Source: an uncultured Chlamydiae bacterium (lineage in GTDB: Bacteria > Chlamydiota > Chlamydiia > Chlamydiales > JAJFMB01). Taken from it: 64,000 nt of DNA. How positions within the stretch are numbered: position 1 is the stretch's first letter; each line of letters opens with the position of its first letter. The notes beneath the pieces are model-generated. The model saw only the letters and a program-made list of their open reading frames with translations. It did no database searches and had not been told where the DNA came from. This document shows, piece after piece, positions 1-10,147 of this stretch. Both the position numbers and the translations under genes were made by a program. The stretch is taken from NCBI GenBank assembly GCA_963696295.1, contig CAVOJR010000001.1, positions 2,496,001 through 2,560,000 on the forward strand, in the 5' to 3' direction.

Positions 1-285
1 CTCTGGACTCAAGAGGCGCTCCGACCCCCCCTGGCCGCTCAAATCGAACATCCAGACATCCAGGCCCCGCTCGAGCAGGGGATTGATCAGGGCTTCATAG
101 AACTCAAGAAAGGTGCCCCGCCCCTGGATGAAAAAAACAGTTCCTTTTGGATCAGGGCTTTTAAAGTGGGTATAGCGGAGCAAATGCCCCTGCGGCGTTT
201 CATAATAGGCCGCCTGGTTAATTCCCTCTTGAAATGAGGCCATAACCAAGAATGGATAAAATAAAAGAAAAATGATCTGTTTCAT
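1..285 (-). CDS. Alpha/beta hydrolase, lysophospholipase (PldB-like); runs off the window edge
   Basis: Not in the ORF track. Manual translation: MKQIIFLLFYPFLVMASFQEG...KGTVFFIQGRGTFLEFYEAL...GLDVWMFDLSGQGGSER, which carries Hydrolase_4-type motifs and a signal-like N-terminus. Confidence 0.75.
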   Translation of the reverse strand, partial: MKQIIFLLFYPFLVMASFQEGINQAAYYETPQGHLLRYTHFKSPDPKGTVFFIQGRGTFLEFYEALINPLLERGLDVWMFDLSGQGGSERLLSPE

Positions 286-395
286 TAAAAATTCCTAAAG
301 AAATAATATAGTGTGTTGTATTTAAAAAAGCAAATGGTTTGATCAGAAAGTGTTTTGCAGTTAAACCGTTTTTTGATTTAATGAGTCTTATGGAA

Positions 396-2153
396 ATGAC
401 ACGCACAAAAATTATCTGTACTATCGGCCCTTCCGTAAATACTAAGGAAAAAATTGAGATGCTGGTCGACGCCGGCATGAATGTCGCCAGGCTCAACTTC
501 AGCCACGGAACGCATGAAGAACATCTTAAAGTCATTCAGTTTCTTAAGGAAGTGAGAAAAGAAAAGGGCGTTCCGCTCGCGATCATGCTCGATACGAAAG
601 GCCCGGAAATCCGGATCGGCAAGTTGAAAGAGGAGATGATTCTCGAACCCAAGCAGCAATGGCAGCTGGTAAAAGAGGAGCTGGTCGGGGATAAATCGCG
701 CGTCACGCTAAAGCCGCCTTCTGTGCTCGATCAGCTAAGCGTTGGGGTTACGGTCCTATTCAATGACGGCCTGATTAACTCGCGCGTGGTGGAAAAGAGC
801 GATGCGGGGGTGGTGGTCGAAATTGTCCACGGCGGCCAGATCAGCTCGGGAAAAGGGGTCAACATCCCCAACATCAATTTGAATTTGCCGGCGGTGACTA
901 GCAAGGATATCGAAGATATCCGCTTTGGCTGCCAGCAGGATATCGATATCATCGCGGCTTCTTTTATCCGCTCGCCCGAACACGTGCTGCAAATCAGAAA
1001 GCTCGTTGAAGATGAAGGGAAAAGCGATATTCTGATCATCGCCAAAATCGAAAATCACGAAGGGGTGCAAAACTTCGACAGCATCGTGCAGGTGGCCGAC
1101 GGGATCATGATCGCCAGGGGCGATCTGGGCGTCGAGCTCCCTTTGAGAACGGTGCCGAGATTGCAGAAAATGATGATCCGCAAATGCTACCTGGCCGGCA
1201 AACCTTCGGTGACGGCGACGCAAATGCTCGAGTCGATGATCCAAAGCGCGCGGCCGACGAGAGCCGAAGCCTCCGATGTGGCCAACGCGATCTACGACAG
1301 CACCTCAGCCGTCATGCTGTCCGGCGAGACGGCTGTTGGAAAATACCCGATCGAAACGGTCAGACAGATGAAAGAAATTGTGTTGGAGTCAGAACGGGAT
1401 TTTGATTATCGGACGTTCTTTAGCGTACACACGCCGTTGCCCTACCACGATGTTCCTTCGGCGGTGACTTTGGGCACGGTGAAAACATGCTACAATACCA
1501 ACGCCAAGGCGATCTTTGTGTTTACCTCGAAGGGGGGAACCGCCCGGCTGATCTCCCGCCTGCGCCCTTCGATGCCGATCATCGCCATGACCTCCAATAA
1601 GAAGTGCTATAATCAGATGGCCTTTAACTGGGGTGTGATCCCGATGCTTGGCAAAGAGTGCCAAAATGTGCAGGAAGCTTTTCAGCAGGTGAGCGAATTT
1701 TCCTTAAAAAACGGGTATGTGAAAGAGGGGGATCTCGTGGTGCTGACAGCCGGCTCTCCCTTTGGCGTCAGCGGTTCGACCAATATGATGATTGTCGAGG
1801 ATATCGGCAATGTGCTGGTGAGGGGAAGCAAGGGGCTTGGGATTAAACTGGAAGGGCGCGTAGCCATGGTTTTGTCCCCCGAAGAAAGAGATCCTTCAGA
1901 AATCAAAGAGGCTCTGATTGTTTTGACCGAGTGCCATGCGGGCTATCTGCCTTATATCCGGCAGGCGTCGGCCATCATCTTGCAAAACCACCCCAATGAT
2001 ACCGCTTCGGAAAAATACGCCCTGCAGGCCGCTAAGGAGCTCGGCAAGTCGGCTCTCATTCGCGCCGATGGGGCGCTCAGAAATCTGCATGAAGGTCAAC
2101 GGATAATACTGGAGCCGAACCGCGCTTTAATTTTCCTGGCAAAGAGCGGCTAA
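396..2153 (+). CDS. pyk: Pyruvate kinase with C-terminal PEP-utiliser-like extension
   Basis: RTKIICTIGP, ARLNFSHG, DTKGPEIR, IARGDLGVE, ATQMLESM, PTRAEASDVANA motifs. Start uncertain (ATG at 381, 390 or 396). Confidence 0.97.
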   Translation: MTRTKIICTIGPSVNTKEKIEMLVDAGMNVARLNFSHGTHEEHLKVIQFLKEVRKEKGVPLAIMLDTKGPEIRIGKLKEEMILEPKQQWQLVKEELVGDKSRVTLKPPSVLDQLSVGVTVLFNDGLINSRVVEKSDAGVVVEIVHGGQISSGKGVNIPNINLNLPAVTSKDIEDIRFGCQQDIDIIAASFIRSPEHVLQIRKLVEDEGKSDILIIAKIENHEGVQNFDSIVQVADGIMIARGDLGVELPLRTVPRLQKMMIRKCYLAGKPSVTATQMLESMIQSARPTRAEASDVANAIYDSTSAVMLSGETAVGKYPIETVRQMKEIVLESERDFDYRTFFSVHTPLPYHDVPSAVTLGTVKTCYNTNAKAIFVFTSKGGTARLISRLRPSMPIIAMTSNKKCYNQMAFNWGVIPMLGKECQNVQEAFQQVSEFSLKNGYVKEGDLVVLTAGSPFGVSGSTNMMIVEDIGNVLVRGSKGLGIKLEGRVAMVLSPEERDPSEIKEALIVLTECHAGYLPYIRQASAIILQNHPNDTASEKYALQAAKELGKSALIRADGALRNLHEGQRIILEPNRALIFLAKSG

Positions 2154-2825
2154 GATGGAGAGGGCCGCCAGCGCGGCCGTATCGGTGCGCAAGATGTTGT
2201 TATTGAGCTTCACTCCAAGCGCGCCCTGCGATTTTAACCAGGCAATTTCTCCTTCGCTAAATCCTTTTTCGGGGCCGATAAATATTGTGGCGTCTTGGCC
2301 TTTGAAAATCGCGGCTAATGGGGGGGCGTCTTCAGAGAGGTCCCCGAAGTAGGCCTGGATAGACATTGGGCACTCTTTTAACGAGGGAAAGAAGCGGATT
2401 TCGGGCAAAAAAAGGCGGCCGCTTTGTTTCATGGCGGCGATGGCGATCTGTCTGGCCCGCTGCACCGGCATCTCTTTTTTTTCGCTGAGTTGCGAGGGAA
2501 AGAGCCACGCTTCCGTCATGCCGAGTTCGGTGCCTTTTTCCAAAATAAAATCGAGCCGGTTGGCGCGCGGCAGGGCCTGCGCGAGGATGAGCGCGCGGGA
2601 GGGTTTTTTTTGGCTGGTGAGGGAATTGATTTTGAGGCGGGCGTTTTTTTTGCCGATCTCTAAAACCTCGGCCAGCGCTAGCTGCCCCTGACCGTTCACC
2701 AGTTCGATCGTCTCTTTCTCTTTCACCCGCATCACGTGCGAGAGGTGGTGAAACTCCAAATCCTGCAATGAGAGGCCTTGATTTTGGGAAAAAAAGGCGT
2801 CGATGAAAAAGCGGTCCTGCGGCAT
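2127..2825 (-). CDS. rsmE: 16S rRNA m3U1498 methyltransferase
   Basis: HHLSHVMRV, EKGTELG, AAMKQSGR, IGPEKGFS, ILRTDTAAL SPOUT motifs. Confidence 0.95.
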   Translation of the reverse strand: MPQDRFFIDAFFSQNQGLSLQDLEFHHLSHVMRVKEKETIELVNGQGQLALAEVLEIGKKNARLKINSLTSQKKPSRALILAQALPRANRLDFILEKGTELGMTEAWLFPSQLSEKKEMPVQRARQIAIAAMKQSGRLFLPEIRFFPSLKECPMSIQAYFGDLSEDAPPLAAIFKGQDATIFIGPEKGFSEGEIAWLKSQGALGVKLNNNILRTDTAALAALSILAALCQEN

Positions 2826-4066
2826 CAGCGGTCCACTTTGACATTCACGCAATTTTCATCCAGCTGGCAAAGCAGGTTGAGGGTCAGATCTTTCGAGGTG
2901 TGCAGCGTTAATTTTTGCATATAATCCCGAAAGCGCTGCCGCAGCAGGGTTTCATTTTTCTTGGGAGAGGGGGTGTTGTCATTTTTCTCTTTGGCGAGGT
3001 TAGCCATCCAGTAGGCGATATAGGTGTCCTCGATTCTGGTGGGATCGATCACTTGCAGGCTCCAGGAAAGGGTTTGCCTCTCTTCCGGAGGTGCGATCAC
3101 GACGGCGATTTCCATGTTATCCCGGATCAGATCCAAAAACAGCTGGCTGACCTTGCTGACAAAGATGGGCGTTTTGAGATAGGTGAGATTGTTTTTTTCC
3201 TGGATCTCATCATTGGGGAGCAGGGGGAAATTTTTGGGGTTGAGTTTATCGCTGTACTTGATCGGATAAAATAGGCGGATCGGAATATCCCGTTCCACCG
3301 CCAAAAGCTCATCGCGCAAAAAGTCGATCCGGATATTTTCCGCGTCGGGATCGTTGAGTTCTTTGAGCTGGGGATTTTTGTAAAAGGGGATGGTGATATA
3401 TTTCAATTTGTCGGGTACGTAATAACAGATCTCGTCGTTATGGGGCGGTTTTTGCAATTTTTGCAATTTGTCCAGTTGTTCTTTCGTGATGTCGTTGAGG
3501 TTGATGGCGACCACCAGCCCTTCGGTTTTCATCTCCTGGATCTCTTTTTCAGGCCCTGTCACTGTCTGCATGATCTGCTCAGGCCAGATGCCGAGAAACT
3601 CATAGCCGGACGGCGCATCGCCGATGGTGGTGATGTTGACCGGGATCTTGTCGGTGATGAGCCGGCTTAAGCGCAAAATATATTCGTTATGCTGCACCTG
3701 GGTGATGTGATTCGTGAGGTTGATCGAGGGATTTAAGCTGATCAGATTCTTTTTAGTCAGATGCAGCACCCATTCATCGTGGTAGATTTCCGAGGCGTCG
3801 ACCTGCACTTCAAGATCGCCCGGCTCCAATTTTTCGATCACATCTTTGGTGCCTGTCAGGTTCAGATTGATCCTTTTGCCCAATGTGCCGTTGGCGCCGA
3901 GGCCCAAGGCGGTTTTTCCCGGGGGCAGATTGATCACGCGCAAAGGGACGTGGGGGATGGTTTTCGTGTCGATAATCGAGTGGTTGACAAACAGCCAGAT
4001 GATACTGGCGGCAAAGATAGCGACCAATTTGCGCTGCCAGTTATGAAGAAAAATCCGCTTAATCAT
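2825..4066 (-). CDS. YbbR/CdaR-like regulator of diadenylate cyclase
   Basis: N-terminal membrane anchor (KLVAIFAASIIWLFV). Directly downstream of and overlapping cdaA, the usual arrangement. Confidence 0.75.
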   Translation of the reverse strand: MIKRIFLHNWQRKLVAIFAASIIWLFVNHSIIDTKTIPHVPLRVINLPPGKTALGLGANGTLGKRINLNLTGTKDVIEKLEPGDLEVQVDASEIYHDEWVLHLTKKNLISLNPSINLTNHITQVQHNEYILRLSRLITDKIPVNITTIGDAPSGYEFLGIWPEQIMQTVTGPEKEIQEMKTEGLVVAINLNDITKEQLDKLQKLQKPPHNDEICYYVPDKLKYITIPFYKNPQLKELNDPDAENIRIDFLRDELLAVERDIPIRLFYPIKYSDKLNPKNFPLLPNDEIQEKNNLTYLKTPIFVSKVSQLFLDLIRDNMEIAVVIAPPEERQTLSWSLQVIDPTRIEDTYIAYWMANLAKEKNDNTPSPKKNETLLRQRFRDYMQKLTLHTSKDLTLNLLCQLDENCVNVKVDR

Positions 4067-4869
4067 TTGAACATCTCATTGGTGGCAAAATGGGGTTTGA
4101 AAGTGGCCGCGATCGAAGGGGCGGTCGGGGGGTTGAATATGCTGCGCACAATCCCTTTGAAGCGGTCGATCTTGACGCCGCGCGTCATGATGCCTTCTCT
4201 TGCAATCGACACCTTGCCCGTTTCTTCCGAAACCACAATGATCAGGGCGTCGGTGACCTGGCTGACGCCAAGACCGGCGCGGTGCCGCGTGCCCATCGAC
4301 TTTGTGATTTGCGAGCTGTCATCGGCCAAGGGGAGGATGCCTGAGGCGGCCAAAATGGTTGTGCCCCGGATAATGACGGCGCCATCGTGCAGGGGAGAGG
4401 AGTGGAGGAAGATCGTTTCGAGCAGTTCGGGGGAGAAGACGGCGTTTAAAACAATTGCTTTATTGGCGTATTCCTCTAAAGAGTCCTGATTTTCCAAAAG
4501 GATCAAGGCTCCGGTGCGCCGGTCCGACAGTTTGTAGACGCACTGGGTCAGGTTATCAAGGAAATTATCGAATTCTGTGACTTCCCGGTATTTTCTTCCC
4601 TTGACGCTGAGCTTGGACAAAAAGAGCCTCAGTTCCGGCTGAAAGATGATCAGCAGGGCGATGACGGCGACATTGATGAAGTAGAGCATGAGCTTGCGGA
4701 TCACCGGCAGATGGAGCCATTTGGAGAGCATAAAAAGGCCGAGGAAGGCGAACAGCCCGAAAATCAGGTCCATCGTGCGGGTGTTCCAGAAGAAGGACAT
4801 CACCCAATAAAAGAGCATGGCGATAATCAGTATTTCAATTCCCGGAACGATGAATTCTAAAAATTTCAT
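4063..4869 (-). CDS. cdaA: Diadenylate cyclase CdaA/DacA
   Basis: Three TM helices, FQPELR, SPLHDGAVII and GTRHRAG DAC motifs, VSEETG. Confidence 0.95.
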   Translation of the reverse strand: MKFLEFIVPGIEILIIAMLFYWVMSFFWNTRTMDLIFGLFAFLGLFMLSKWLHLPVIRKLMLYFINVAVIALLIIFQPELRLFLSKLSVKGRKYREVTEFDNFLDNLTQCVYKLSDRRTGALILLENQDSLEEYANKAIVLNAVFSPELLETIFLHSSPLHDGAVIIRGTTILAASGILPLADDSSQITKSMGTRHRAGLGVSQVTDALIIVVSEETGKVSIAREGIMTRGVKIDRFKGIVRSIFNPPTAPSIAATFKPHFATNEMFK

Positions 4870-5003
4870 ATGATAAATCGCCCTATAAACATCAGATGGG
4901 GATTGTATCAAAAAATCTAGGGAGCGACAACAGAAAAATTCCATTGATTTTTAGTTTAATAACTGTTATTATTAGTTTCAAAAATAAATAAATAGGTGTT
5001 ATT

Positions 5004-5378
5004 ATGTCATTTGATTATTTTAACAATGTTAAAGATGGAGCTATGTATAGTTTCATTTTATCTACCGCTTTTACAGGCGCTGTGACGATGAATCTCCAAA
5101 CAGCCGTTGCGAGCGGGGCTGTGAGCGCCCTGGCTTCGGTTCTTTCTTCCGTGGCCCTGCCCATCTTGAAGAAGAATGGAATTGACTCTTTGGATACAAA
5201 AATGGAGATTGCGAAAAGGACTGCCGTCGTGATTTTAGCCGATCTTATCTTTACGGGGGGAAAAACGACTTTGCGGCAATCGATGATCTATTTGGTAACC
5301 AACGCCGTTATGGTGTTTCAGCAGGGCACCGCGTTTCCGTCGAAAGGCAATGAAGCCTTCTGCCATTTGAAGCTTTAA
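5004..5378 (+). CDS. Hypothetical small membrane protein
   Basis: 124-aa ORF with AGGTG RBS, hydrophobic segments and AT-rich upstream region. Confidence 0.6.
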   Translation: MSFDYFNNVKDGAMYSFILSTAFTGAVTMNLQTAVASGAVSALASVLSSVALPILKKNGIDSLDTKMEIAKRTAVVILADLIFTGGKTTLRQSMIYLVTNAVMVFQQGTAFPSKGNEAFCHLKL

Positions 5379-5493
5379 GGGGTTGTCAAAAGATAAAATA
5401 AAGTATTTAACAGCCATCATCTTTGAACGACCATATACGAGTATATGGCCCTCCTCGCGATCTTTCAAGCTTTAATTTATTTTTTGACAGTCC

Positions 5494-5820
5494 CTAATCT
5501 TTCACCGGCTCCTCGGGAGGGGTGTGATTTTTCTGCTCTTTTAATTGGTCGAAATCGCGGTAAATAAGATCCATTTTTTCGTTGAGCTTCTGGTATTCGG
5601 TTTCTATTTGCTCCATTTTCTGCTGATTGCGGCATTGCAAATAATCCCGGATGTTCCCAAAGTTGCCTATGACGATACCGGTCGCTAAAGAGAAAAGCAG
5701 CAAAAGAAAAGTGATCCAGAAGCCTATCACGCGCGTAACCACCAGTAGAATAGTGATCAAAAAGATGAGGCCGGCGAACACGAAGGCTAAACCTTCATAG
5801 GTGCTGAAGAGGTGGGTCAT
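5494..5820 (-). CDS. Hypothetical membrane protein with C-terminal coiled coil
   Basis: Two hydrophobic helices followed by a heptad-like region; overlaps the stop of the upstream methyltransferase. Confidence 0.7.
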   Translation of the reverse strand: MTHLFSTYEGLAFVFAGLIFLITILLVVTRVIGFWITFLLLLFSLATGIVIGNFGNIRDYLQCRNQQKMEQIETEYQKLNEKMDLIYRDFDQLKEQKNHTPPEEPVKD

Positions 5821-6452
5821 GATTTCTCTTCCGTGATTTTGATTCTATGCACCCGTGCGGGCAGGGGGAAGTTCCGCCACTCAATCTCGGCGGGCTCGCT
5901 GGCGTATTTGGTGTAAAATTCCCGCTTTATTTTAAGAATTTTCTGAAATTCCGCGCCTTTAAACCATTGCCCGTAGGTGCTGGTGAGCACATATTCCACC
6001 GCCGTGATTTCCGCGCCTTTTTTGGCGAGCCTTTGATAGGCGCTCAAAATGTTCTTGAGAACGGTTTCATTGGGGAGGCCGTTCAACGGGACGCCGGTGG
6101 CAATCGCATCGAACTGAATATCCGCCTTCCAGGTCGAAATGTCGGCGTGATGGACAATCACGCGCCGATCCTCTTTAAATTTCTGCTTGATCAGATTGTA
6201 AAACCCTTCTTCGATTTCCACCACGTGCAAAGTGTCGTTTGCGCCCAGTTTTTTTACGAGAAGTTCCGTGACGACGCCTGTGCCCGGCCCGATTTCCAAA
6301 TAGTTGCGCCGCTTCGTGTCGTCAGGTTCGGGAATGTGGCGGACCATCCGCTCGGCTACATAGGTGGAGCAAGAGAATGGGGTGCCGGCTTCTCTTGGCT
6401 TATGCAAAAAGCTCAGCAAAAAAACGAGCCACTCTGGTTTTTTGGTAATCAT
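5817..6452 (-). CDS. Class I SAM methyltransferase, PmtA/OlsG lipid N-methyltransferase-like
   Basis: YLEIGPGTG motif I; N-terminal FL..FLHKPREAG...S; GVPL; C-terminal WRNFPLPARV. Confidence 0.7.
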   Translation of the reverse strand: MITKKPEWLVFLLSFLHKPREAGTPFSCSTYVAERMVRHIPEPDDTKRRNYLEIGPGTGVVTELLVKKLGANDTLHVVEIEEGFYNLIKQKFKEDRRVIVHHADISTWKADIQFDAIATGVPLNGLPNETVLKNILSAYQRLAKKGAEITAVEYVLTSTYGQWFKGAEFQKILKIKREFYTKYASEPAEIEWRNFPLPARVHRIKITEEKS

Positions 6453-6466
6453 TTCAAAAGGTTAGC

Positions 6467-7276
6467 TCAATTATTCTGAATATGCAAGTCAAAAAGAGGC
6501 TGAAAAGTCTCCTGATCGACAAAGGAGCAGCCGAGATGGATATCGGGCTTGACTGAGCCGTGAAAATCGGAGCCGCCGGTCGCTATCCACCCTTTATCTT
6601 GGGCGATCTGAGCCCATTTCTGGTTTTGCTCTTTGGAAAATCGGGCGTAGCGGACTTCGATGCCGTCAAAGGGCATCTTCAGCAGGGCTTTGACGATGCT
6701 GTTTTGCGTAATCAGATGGGGATGCGCAATGATGGCGACCCCTTTTGCTTGATGGATGACTTCCAGAGTCTCAGCCACATCGATAGGACTTCCTGGGACA
6801 TAGCAGGGCCTGTTTTCTCCGATGTATTTCTTGAAAGCCTCTTCTACGGAGGAGACATACCCATTTTTCATCATCGCCTGGGCGATATGGGGTCGGCCGA
6901 TCGTATGCGTTTCAGTGCTCTCGAGATCCACGGGCATATTGCATTTTTTTAGCTTTTCTATGATAGCGAGGTTCCGGTCGCTTCTTCGCTTTTTATGTTT
7001 GAAACAGAGCGCCTGAATCTCCTCAGAATTAAGTGAGAAGGCGTAGCCGAGCACATGGACGCTCACGCCCTGATGGGAAGCGGAAAATTCGATGCCGGAA
7101 ATGAGCCGGATACCTCTCTTTGCGGCATAAGGCACAGCGAACGGATATGCGCCGATGGTGTCGTGATCGGTGATCGACAGCCCGCTGAGGCCGATCTCTT
7201 TGGCTCTATCGATTAGCTCTTCGGGGGTGAATGTCCCGTCGGAAAAAGTGCTGTGGCAATGCAAATCAAACATCAT
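6467..7276 (-). CDS. PHP-domain phosphoesterase (TrpH/YciV-like)
   Basis: DLHCHSTFSDG, ITDHD, GRPHIA, AHP, GGSDFHG motifs. Confidence 0.92.
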   Translation of the reverse strand: MMFDLHCHSTFSDGTFTPEELIDRAKEIGLSGLSITDHDTIGAYPFAVPYAAKRGIRLISGIEFSASHQGVSVHVLGYAFSLNSEEIQALCFKHKKRRSDRNLAIIEKLKKCNMPVDLESTETHTIGRPHIAQAMMKNGYVSSVEEAFKKYIGENRPCYVPGSPIDVAETLEVIHQAKGVAIIAHPHLITQNSIVKALLKMPFDGIEVRYARFSKEQNQKWAQIAQDKGWIATGGSDFHGSVKPDIHLGCSFVDQETFQPLFDLHIQNN

Positions 7277-8126
7277 ATTGAATATAGCGCACTTCGCTTT
7301 GCAGCTCAATGCCCGTTTGTTCCTTTACTCTTTGTTTCACAAGCTCAATCAGTTCCAGCACTTCCTGAGAAGTGGCATCCGCTTCGTTAATGATAAAATT
7401 GGCGTGTTTTTCGGAAACTTTCGCTCCGCCTATCTTTACCCCTTTAAGCCGGCATTTGTCAATCAATGCGCCGGCGGCCTCACAGGGGGTGTTTTGAAAA
7501 ACGCAGCCCGCCGATTTCTCGCTATAGGGCTGAGTGTTTTTGCGGTAGGTGATGATGCCTATCTGCTTCTCCCGCGCCTCCTTGGAGGGGGCGAGCTGAA
7601 AAGCGGCCGATACGATAGCCCCTTCCCGATGGTGAAAAGAGGAGGTGCGGTAGCCAAATTGGAGCTCTTCTTTTTTCAGGCGGCTCATCTCGCCCTCTTT
7701 TGAGATAAAATCAACCCATTGGAGCGTTCCAAAGGTTTCTGAGCCGTTTGCGCCGGCGTTCATGAAAATGGCCCCGCCGACGGTTCCTGGAATGCCCGAG
7801 GCGAATTCGAGTCCCGCCCACCCTTCCCGGGCAGTCACCGTTCCAAGTCTTGAAAAGCTGTAGCCGGCGCCCGCTTCAAAGAGGCCCTGAGCCGGCCTGT
7901 TCAGATGGGCGATTTTGTTCAGGATGACCATGCCGTTAAAGCCCCGGTCATCGAACAGGCAGTTGGAACCTTTGCCCAATATAAAAAAAGGAAGTCCGTT
8001 TTGACGGCAATGGATAAGGACCTGCAGCATCTCATCGCTTGACTGAACTTCAGCAAAATAGGCAGCCGGACCGCCGATGCCGAAAGTGGAATACTCTTTT
8101 AGATTAATCTGATTGAGGATCTTCAT
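7266..8126 (-). CDS. murB: UDP-N-acetylenolpyruvoylglucosamine reductase
   Basis: STFGIGGPA, GKGSNCL, GIPGTVGGAIFMNAGA, SAGCVFQN, KHANFIIN. Confidence 0.96.
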   Translation of the reverse strand: MKILNQINLKEYSTFGIGGPAAYFAEVQSSDEMLQVLIHCRQNGLPFFILGKGSNCLFDDRGFNGMVILNKIAHLNRPAQGLFEAGAGYSFSRLGTVTAREGWAGLEFASGIPGTVGGAIFMNAGANGSETFGTLQWVDFISKEGEMSRLKKEELQFGYRTSSFHHREGAIVSAAFQLAPSKEAREKQIGIITYRKNTQPYSEKSAGCVFQNTPCEAAGALIDKCRLKGVKIGGAKVSEKHANFIINEADATSQEVLELIELVKQRVKEQTGIELQSEVRYIQYDV

Positions 8127-8622
8127 CGATAAATTTATGCGCCTCGGTTGCAGTTTCTTCACTTTCTTCGAGCGACTTGGCGGCTTGCGAAATCAAGGCT
8201 TCATCCACTTCTTTTCCCAGGCTTTTTTGATAAATCGCATCGAGAATCGCGTTGATGAAATTGGCCGATTCGGGGGTGCTGAACTTGCGCGCCAGCCGGA
8301 TCGCCTCGGCGATGGCCACTTTGCCGTCGATCGACTCATCAAAGAGCATTTCATAAATGGCGAGTCGTAAAATATTTCTTTCAACTCTTTGGATTCTGTT
8401 GAAGTCGTAAGATCGGCAGGTTTTGCCGATCTTCTCGTCGATGGCGGTAAGATGCCCCAGAATCGTTTGAGCCCTGGCCTCGCCCATTCTGACGTTTTTT
8501 TTGGAGATTTCCAATTCTTTCATGAGCATATCGACAATCGCTTCGGGTTCGGCGTACCCCATATCATAGCAATAGAGCATCTGGAAAACGACTTCGCGCA
8601 GTTTTTTTGGTGACAGAGACAT
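8104..8622 (-). CDS. nusB: Transcription antitermination factor NusB
   Basis: REVVFQMLY, VERNILRLAIYEM, AIAEAIRLARKFS, FINAILD. Confidence 0.95.
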   Translation of the reverse strand: MSLSPKKLREVVFQMLYCYDMGYAEPEAIVDMLMKELEISKKNVRMGEARAQTILGHLTAIDEKIGKTCRSYDFNRIQRVERNILRLAIYEMLFDESIDGKVAIAEAIRLARKFSTPESANFINAILDAIYQKSLGKEVDEALISQAAKSLEESEETATEAHKFIDEDPQSD

Positions 8623-8697
8623 AAATTAACAATTTTTTTAGTGAAGAAGGAGTCTATGATAGCAAATCGGCCATTGAAAGAAAAGAGTTTCTTTGCC

Positions 8698-8719
8698 GGG
8701 CTGCGAGACTTCGCAGCCC
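8698..8719. other. GC-rich hairpin (REP-like or terminator)
   Basis: GGGCTGCGA-GACT-TCGCAGCCC, a perfect 9-bp stem, at the left edge of the AT-rich island. No immediate U-tract. Confidence 0.5.
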
Positions 8720-8741
8720 CAGCAGATATAATCTTTAAGGA

Positions 8742-9221
8742 TTATAGAATTTCCTTAAGGCTTATGGCACTAAAAGCTATGGCGGAGAAACCAAAAGCGC
8801 GCTGCCCATTATAGAGAGAGACAGCTCCCAGGATAATATTGGCAATTTGGCTTCCAGCAAAAATATATCCATTGTAGTATGCTTGTTTATTTTCTTTATG
8901 CGCTTGCAAATCGATAGAATGGGCGATTTTTGTGGCGGCGGCCCCTAGGACTGCGGCGGTTAAGCAGATAATCACTCTATTTTCCAAAAGAAAAGGTTTA
9001 CCGGACAAAGTAATCGCTTGATAAGCCATGGCGCCGATAGTTACCCCAAAAAAGTCTTTAACATAAGTCTGAATCTCTTTAGACTGGGACTTCTTTAAGA
9101 CCTGCAGCGGTAATGTTTGTATCGCTCCTAAGGCGATATTTCCACAAATTCCAATCATAACTCTCCTTATGGGTTGAATAGGCAAACAGGATATTATAAT
9201 GGAACGGCATTTATCAAGCAA
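8742..9221 (-). CDS. Hypothetical membrane protein
   Basis: 159-aa hydrophobic, AT-rich ORF; start codon uncertain. Confidence 0.55.
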   Translation of the reverse strand: MLDKCRSIIISCLPIQPIRRVMIGICGNIALGAIQTLPLQVLKKSQSKEIQTYVKDFFGVTIGAMAYQAITLSGKPFLLENRVIICLTAAVLGAAATKIAHSIDLQAHKENKQAYYNGYIFAGSQIANIILGAVSLYNGQRAFGFSAIAFSAISLKEIL

Positions 9222-9226
9222 GTATA

Positions 9227-10147
9227 CTATATAAGAAATGACTTATCAGTAATGTTCCCATAGGCAAGTTTACCGATTATCTCGAGCAGCCACTCACTAA
9301 AGGATTTCCAATAGGCAGGCAAATTGGGTTGAAAAGGAGGGGGGGTGAGATTTAGTTTGTGCAATTCTTTTTGGAGGGTGGTTAATAAATTTCGAATTTC
9401 AACAACTTTTGTGCTTTCTGAACTTTTTTCTGTCCGTTTGATACAATCCCTCAATGGGAATAAAATCTCAAGAATGAGTCTCCAGGAAGGCACATATTTT
9501 GGAACCGGGCCCAAAGCCTTAACGAGTTGATCATTTTTGCTGAAGCGATACCGCTGCTGATTTCTCTGTAAATATTTACTGAACAATCCACTTAGACAGA
9601 ACTCATCCAATGTTTCGAGGAGATTTCTTTTTGTGTAGGCTATTTCAACCAAATCCGAGGCCGCATAATCTGTTTTTGGGTGGGTTAAAAAGAATGCTAT
9701 AATGTCGGCCCTAGTGCCTGTGCCGAATATCGAACGCGCTCTTATGCTAAGCAATGCGGGGGATTCAAGCGGGCGCAGGCAAGATTTATGGCTTAATGTT
9801 ATTCTTAATGGTGATGATTCCTCGAAAAGCGGCCATGAGGTCCGTGCGAGTGAGTTCAGCGTGGCGGCATAGACGGAAAAAGGTCCGTTTAAATTTCTAA
9901 AACCCTTTATAATTGATTTTAAACGATTTGTAGAGATAAAGTGGTGATATTGCGAGCACCAATCCAATGATTCATCCCGGAGGCGTGGGTCAACTTCTGC
10001 TAAAGTTACTGTTAACAAAATAAGTTCTTCGAGAGAAATAAAATAATTTTGGTGTTTTCGTATGACGCCAGCCACACCCAATTCCGTCCATAGGCTCCAG
10101 GTAAGGTCGAGAAGTAGCTGGTCCAATTCTTTACTTAATGTAGGCAT
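9227..10147 (-). CDS. Hypothetical protein with internal winged-HTH-like segment; putative antitoxin/partner of the NTase
   Basis: Overlaps the NTase gene stop. Segment RADIIAFFLTHPKTDYAASDLVEIAYTKRNLLETLDEFCLSGLF...RYRF resembles a wHTH. Confidence 0.6.
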   Translation of the reverse strand: MPTLSKELDQLLLDLTWSLWTELGVAGVIRKHQNYFISLEELILLTVTLAEVDPRLRDESLDWCSQYHHFISTNRLKSIIKGFRNLNGPFSVYAATLNSLARTSWPLFEESSPLRITLSHKSCLRPLESPALLSIRARSIFGTGTRADIIAFFLTHPKTDYAASDLVEIAYTKRNLLETLDEFCLSGLFSKYLQRNQQRYRFSKNDQLVKALGPVPKYVPSWRLILEILFPLRDCIKRTEKSSESTKVVEIRNLLTTLQKELHKLNLTPPPFQPNLPAYWKSFSEWLLEIIGKLAYGNITDKSFLI

